This document shows positions 34,561 through 40,233 of a stretch of DNA of 40,233 nucleotides, piece after piece (the stretch's first letter is position 1; each line of letters opens with the position of its first letter). This DNA comes from Octopus sinensis (Eukaryota): the NCBI RefSeq assembly GCF_006345805.1, contig NW_021835535.1:1-40233 (forward strand), written 5' to 3'. Position numbers and translations under genes: made by a program. The notes below the pieces were generated by a model. It was not told the origin of the DNA and did not search any database. It was given only the letters and a program-made list of their open reading frames with translations.

Positions 34561-34770
34561 TAAAAATTTGCTTTTATTTAATCATTTGTTTGTTGTTTTT
34601 GTTTTCTTCTTATGTTATTAAAAAACACTCTTTCTTTCCCTTTGTTCTTTTTTTTTTAATCCTTCTTTACATAATTTTTTTGTAAATTTTTAATTGTTTT
34701 TCTATCTTCTGCATGAAAAGAAAACTTTCATTTCACTGAATTTTAAATTTTCTATCAATTATTTTCTTTA

Positions 34771-34846
<76 letters not shown>

Positions 34847-34876
34847 TTATGGTTTTTATCATTTAAATGTTGACCT

Positions 34877-35022
34877 CCAGTGTTGGTGTGTTTGCATCCC
34901 ATAACTCAGCAGCTCAACAAACGAGACTGATAGAATAAGTACCAGGTTTGAAAAAATAAGTACTGGGTCGATTCATCTGGCAAAAATCCTTCAGTGGGGT
35001 GCTCCAGCATGGCCACAGTCTA
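34877..35022 (+). mobile_element. SINE family 1-related 3' half (diverged)
   Basis: GATAGAATAAGTAC...GTGCTCCAGCATGGCCACAGTC. Confidence 0.7.
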
Positions 35023-35353
35023 ATTATATGGGATTAACTACAAGGCCTACCCACTGCCCTTAAAATGAATAACCACTCAAATATGGTCCCGTATATTTTT
35101 AGCGTGCTCATACACACATTCTTGTGTGCAGGGGTGAGTTCAAAATATACCCATGTTGTTCCCCTAAAGCCTTTCACTTTTCAGGGGTTTTAGTCAAAAA
35201 TACATGTCCGCATTTGTTTAACTGAAATTGCTCAGGGCATTACTCCAGCCTGGCCACAGTTCAAGAATTGAAAGAAATAATGAATGCAGGATAAAAAGTA
35301 TTGACTTATGTTGATCTTTGCTTTTTTGAATACTTGTGTTGAATATATTATAT

Positions 35354-35619
35354 GTGCCGGTGGCATGTTAAAAGCACCAACCGATCGTGGCCGATGCCAG
35401 ACTCCCCTGGCACCTGTGCCGGTGGCACGTAAAAAGCACCCACTACACTCGCGGAGTGGTTGGCGTTAGGAAGGGCATCCAGCTGTAGAAACACTGCCAG
35501 ATCAGACTGGAGCCTGGTGCAGCCTCCTGACTTCCCAGACTCCGGTCAAACCGTCCAACCCATGCTAGCGTGGAAAACGGACGTTAAACGATGATGATGG
35601 TGATGATGATGATGATGAT
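35354..35619 (+). mobile_element. RTE 3' UTR copy with (GAT)n tail
   Basis: Near-identical to 8440-8681. Confidence 0.88.
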
Positions 35620-35667
35620 ACACATGCATTTATAGAAATGCATGTATATATACAAATATAGATATAT

Positions 35668-35812
35668 AGGTGCAGACGTAGCTGTGTGGTAAGATGCTTG
35701 TGGCCCCACCACATGTGGGACACCATGGGCAAGTGTCTTCTACGATAGCCTCAGGCTGACCAAAGCCTTGTGAGAGGATTTGGTAGACGGAAACTGAAAG
35801 AAGCCCGTCGTG
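35668..35812 (+). mobile_element. SINE family 1, 5' half (diverged)
   Basis: Head and core homology. Confidence 0.75.
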
Positions 35813-36157
35813 TACAAATGGATGTGTGTATCTTTCTCTTGTTTACAATTAACATGGAAAAAATAAATAAACAGTTACCAGGGCAGCAAAGAACCACACA
35901 AGTAATAAGGACGCAACACCCTGTTTGTAAAGATAGAAACTCCGGGTTGATGTGAAATATTTTGTATAATATATAAATAAATAAATGGAATTAAATGCAG
36001 GTGTTAACACCTGTGCTTAACTCCGCTATATATATATATGTATAAATATATATATATATATAAATTTATAAATAAGGATAATATCGATATTTAAATATCG
36101 ATATTATCAAGTGGTCAGCATGGGAAAAATACCATACAAAGGTAATAATTTTTTTAC

Positions 36158-36629
36158 AACTAAAAATAAGGGTATCTGAGAGACACCACCATGCCGAAAT
36201 AGCAGTCAAAACCCTGACTCTAAGAACCACGTTAAATGTTCATATCGCACCATGAGATAAGACAGAGGGTGACCATATTGTGCTTATGGGGTATTTTGGC
36301 AGGCAAATTAACTGGCCTTGTACATACGTGCATATATATGTATGCATGGACGTTCGTATATGTAAGTATAACGTTTGTTCTGCATATATTTATTTGTATT
36401 TATGTGCCTATCTGATTTATTCAACTGATGAAGGCAGAGTTTATTCGAAGCAAAGCTAGAAATCCAGGATCTTGAATTATCCAGTAAAATCTTTTTTGCC
36501 AGTCTATTTTGTCCCTCTATCTTATCTCATGGTGCGATATGAACATTTAACGTGGTTCTTAGAGTCAGGGTTTTGACTGCTATTTCAGCATGGTGGTGTC
36601 TCTCTCTCTCAGACACCCTTATTTTTAGT

Positions 36630-36630
<1 letters not shown>
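36158..36630. repeat. Inverted repeat, arms 36158-36269 / 36513-36630, with 243-bp spacer
   Basis: Arms differ by three substitutions and a 6-bp (CT)n expansion. Confidence 0.9.
36415..36481 (+). ncRNA. Type I hammerhead ribozyme motif, canonical core
   Basis: TTCAA-CTGATGA(36425-31)-A-GGC...GCT-A-GAAA(36459-62)-TCCAGGA-TC-TTGAA. AUC triplet, predicted cut after 36471. Confidence 0.7.
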
Positions 36631-36677
<47 letters not shown>

Positions 36678-36777
36678 TCGGGGTGAGTACTTGAAATTAT
36701 AAGCACCTGGTATACCGTTTGGTGGTGTAGGTGGTGGAGTAAATTGATCAAAATAAAAACATGATGCGAAGGATTCA

Positions 36778-36859
36778 GCGTGTACATATGTTTCGGGCCT
36801 TTATTAGACAGATTTATATACAATGCATAATGTATGTCTGTGGCCTTCTTCAGCCGCGC
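36778..36859 (-). ncRNA. Type I hammerhead ribozyme motif, canonical core, long stem II
   Basis: Minus strand: GCGCGG-CTGAAGA-A-GGCC-ACAGA..ATACA/TGTAT..TCTGT..GGCC-C-GAAA-CATATG-TA-CACGC. Stem I is imperfect. Confidence 0.68.
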
Positions 36860-37510
36860 ACACAGCTTCCACAAGGACATGTGTTACATAAAAAATTCTT
36901 GGTTGGGGATGCAAATCCTCTCATTCGCGTACGACATAATGCGGCAGCAGCATAGAATTGAAGCGTCCATCTCTTTCTTCTCTCAATGTAGAATGAGGAA
37001 AGTTGGATGTTGAAGTAATGTAAATAAATAAATACATATATAGACGTGAAGATGGAGGGGTGAGAATTCAGGACGAGGGATAAAAAATGTATAAAAAGTG
37101 TAAGTGTAGAAAAATATAAAAATGTAGAGCATAAAGATATAAAGAGATATAAGGAGATGTAAAGGGGGTATAAAGAATATAAATAAATATAAAGAAATAT
37201 AAATAAATGTAAAGGCATAAGGTTATAAAGTAAAAATAGAAATAGAAATAAGAGTAAAAAAACATGATAAAAATGTAAAAAAATATATAAAGATAAGGGA
37301 TGTATAGAGGTTACGGACCAAGCATGGTGGTCAGGAGATTGATAAAATTTAGTTGTAGAATTGTCAGTAAATCAACAGTTTCGTCTGGGGACCTAATGTG
37401 TTGTAAATCAGAGCTGTTGAGCGTTATGTATGTATGTATGTATGTATGTATGTATGTATGTATGTATGTATGTATGTATGTATGTATGTATGCATGTATG
37501 TATGTATATA

Positions 37511-37701
37511 GGGAGAATTCACCAAAAAACAAAAGACAAAGACAGGTGGTGTAGACAACAAACAGATGTATTAGTTTAACGCTCAGGAAGTGAAAAAGGT
37601 TTTTAACGTTTCGAGCCTATGCTCTTCTACAGAAAGGAACACAGAAAGAAACAAGGAGAGAAAATAAAGAATGTGTAGTGGCTAGCGACCTATCATGACG
37701 A
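37511..37701 (-). mobile_element. Family B short element with A6U HHR-like motif (37600-37637)
   Basis: Minus strand TTT-CTGTAGA-A-GAGC(ATAG)GCTC-GAAA-CG-TT-AAA; flanked by (TATG)n and (TA)n. Confidence 0.5.
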
Positions 37702-38062
37702 ATATATATATATTTATATGTATATATATATTTAAAATTAATCAAAGGATATACTAAGTATGTCTACCTGCTGGAAATAACGGCCAAAACTCTTATTTAA
37801 ATCACCAAAATACACTGATAATAACTACAGAAATCAACCGTACGAAGGCAAACTGGCTAAGACAATCTGCTAATGTAGATTTAAGTATTTGGACTCGAGT
37901 GGGCTGGTTTCAGTACTGGCCAAAATAGCCTCAGCTTTCTCACTATGTGTTACTATGATGGAGAGCCCCAACCCATTGTGTTGAAGTCTGTGTTGCAACT
38001 GATTTGTTTTGCACTGAAATCATGACAGCCATTTTCGTGAATTATTTGCTCCATATTGAAAT

Positions 38063-38095
<33 letters not shown>

Positions 38096-38691
38096 CTCAC
38101 CTTGATCACCTTGACCGACTAGTCTGTCAGGCGTCCATTTGACACCGCTGGTCACAGCACGCTGTCCACTCCTCTCTGGATCATGCCTTTCTCATCCACA
38201 TGATCCCAATCGTCCTCCTGAAATTGTAACTCCACCGTCATGGAGGTCTTCCGAGTGGTCTTTTCCGCTCGCGCGGGTACTACTCGACAACTGCGTGGGT
38301 CCACCGATTATCGGTGATCCGGGCGACGTGTCCAGCCCATCTATACTTGCTGCATGTATAGTCTGCGATAACATCTCTCACGCCGGACTTCTTTCTGATG
38401 ATCTCTCTACTGATGTGCTCTCTCAACGAGATACCAAGCATTGACCTTCCCATGGCTCTTTGAGCCGTTACCAGTCTCTGCTCTTCTCTCTTTGTGGTAG
38501 CCTGTTTCCCTACCATATAACATTGCAGGTAGAACTGCACTGTTAATGAGGTTGGCACGGGTGGTCCTGTCCAACCTTCCCTTGAGCACATCCCTTATGC
38601 CATTAAACGCCTTCCATCCGGCCCTTACTCTCCGTGAGATCTCCTTTTCGATATCTCGGCACATATTCACTTCCTGTCCCAGGTAGACATA
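38096..38691 (-). mobile_element. RTE-clade LINE 3' fragment (second RTE family)
   Basis: YVYLGQEV..EISRRVRAGWKAF..VLPAMLYG.ET..QRAM.R.MLG...KYRWAGHVARITDNRWT..KRPLGRPP. The tail is a short tandem (CAAGGTGAT-like) repeat. Confidence 0.88.
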
Positions 38692-39071
38692 TATATATAT
38701 ATATAATACAAAATGGGACAAGAACGCAAAACATCCGAACAACTAGGTGATACAAAAAAGGACAACAAAACATCCAGATAGATGATACAAAAAAACAAGG
38801 ACGGGTCATTCGAAGCTTTCTATCCTCAGTCAAGAACTGGATCATCCTTGCAATTTTGGCTGATTAATCTTGAGATTGATCCAATCTGGCCAGCCCCAAG
38901 GAAAAACTAAGCTAAGAGCATTAGATTTCTTGGAAGAAAGCATCGAGTGTATACGAAAACAAGGATGGGGAAAAAAAACGATGTTACACAAATTTAAATA
39001 CAAAATACAATAAAAGCTGCTGGGTTATAGAGCTAGTGGAGATAAATAATACCAATAACACTATATGTGTA

Positions 39072-39121
<50 letters not shown>

Positions 39122-39122
<1 letters not shown>

Positions 39123-39285
39123 GTGGTTGGCGTTAGGAAGGGCATCCAGCCGTAGAAACACTCCCAGATCTGACTGGGCCTGACGAAGCCTTCCAGCTTC
39201 ACAGACCCCAGTTGACCCGTCCAACCCATGCTAGCATGGAAAACGGACGCTAAACGATGATGATGATGATGATGATGATGATGAT
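39122..39285 (+). mobile_element. RTE 3' end with (GAT)n tail
   Basis: Near-identical to 12300-12462. Confidence 0.88.
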
Positions 39286-39297
39286 ATATATATATAA

Positions 39298-39334
<37 letters not shown>

Positions 39335-39337
39335 TAT

Positions 39338-40233
39338 CGATCGATTGGCCCGCACGATTGGCCCCATCAATTTGTACAACATCTTCCCGGTTCGGCCAGG
39401 CCCTTCTTGACGTGGCTGAGATTTTTTTCTATCGCAACATGTTGAATATCCGACAAGGCATCGGTCTGGGCAGCAGCCATCTATGCTAGATCTGGTATTC
39501 TCTCGCTATCCAAGATCAGTGTCAGACGTATCTGTGTGCGCCCCTCTTGCCAAGAGTGATCATGCGGTCCTGAAGTTCGTCATGCACACAACTTTTTCTA
39601 CGCCCACGACTACTTCGCTGCCACGTAGAGTCTTCTCTGCAATTAATCTTGAAATTCTAACCGAGGCTTCTGTGCTTCTGGACTGGCGATCCCTGATGAC
39701 GTTGTCCTCAGTTGACGAACAATGGTCATCCCTCAAAGCATATGTAATCTGTTTACTGACCAGGCAGTTCCCGTTGGGCTTCCCAAGAGGAAGAAACACA
39801 AGCCCTGGGTGATGAAGACGGGTTAAACGAGAAACGTCGCCTCAGAGATATTGCTTGGGCTGATTCAAAAATCTGGATTCGACTGCAGCTTTTGAGGTGT
39901 CAAAACTCAATGAGACCGAGCCGTGAAAATTGAAAAGAAAGAACGCTTCAGTTACGAATACAAAATCACAGCAAATGCCAGTAGCAATCCAAAAACTTTC
40001 TTTGCCCATGTCCAGCGGAATTCCCGCTTGAACAACCAGATTGCAAACTTGTAGACTCAACAGGCGTATCGATTGAGGACCCTTATCAACAGAGTCAATT
40101 ATTTGCCGAGGCTTTTTCAACTATTTTCAAACAAGATATGGTCGGGAACCCCCTCCATTTGATAGATCGGTACCTCCAATGCTTCGATTGGTCATCACGC
40201 GGGACGAAGTCAAATGTGTTATTCAAGGCCTCG
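39338..40233 (+). mobile_element. CR1/Jockey-group LINE ORF2 fragment (APE endonuclease C-terminus and linker), runs off the window
   Basis: IDW, PTR...S.LDLVF and PLAKSDHAVLKF endonuclease motifs, then KPW and NPKTFFAHV linker motifs. Contains frameshifts and stops. Confidence 0.85.

Noticed and set aside
38795-38835. Minus-strand CTGAGGA...GAAT-GACCCGTC HHR-like motif in a TA-flanked element
   Set aside because: GAAU instead of GAAA, no convincing stem I and no UH site in register.

Overview
AT-rich eukaryotic (metazoan) genomic DNA made almost entirely of microsatellites and decayed transposable elements. The repeat families resemble those I recall from Octopus; this assignment is inference. 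No host protein-coding gene can be supported. Most ORFs in the track are translations of (TA)n, (CA)n, (CAT)n and (GTT)n repeats. Recognisable content: several RTE-clade LINE fragments (two long, with a PHD-like finger inside the RT region) plus about 10 short copies of their (GAT)n-tailed 3' end; a Tx1/L1-type LINE sitting in (TATC)n; a CR1/Jockey-like LINE fragment at the right edge; a Ty3/Gypsy RT remnant; a Tc1/mariner (DD37D-like) deletion derivative; a hAT MITE; a piggyBac-type MITE; three tRNA-derived SINE families; and a 78-aa ORF with two C2H2 fingers. The most interesting signal is non-coding. A dozen or so type I hammerhead-ribozyme (HHR) motifs can be folded by hand, in several short elements that are not obviously related in sequence. 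Four have a full canonical core (24662+, 27395-, 36415+, 36778-). Others carry recurrent core variants (U4C, A6U) or are decayed. Most of these elements sit between (TA)n tracts and several are arranged as palindromes. This fits Penelope-like-element (PLE) pseudo-LTRs or non-autonomous retrozyme-like elements, but no PLE RT/GIY-YIG ORF is visible. All structures were derived by eye, many element boundaries are approximate, and ribozyme activity is untested.
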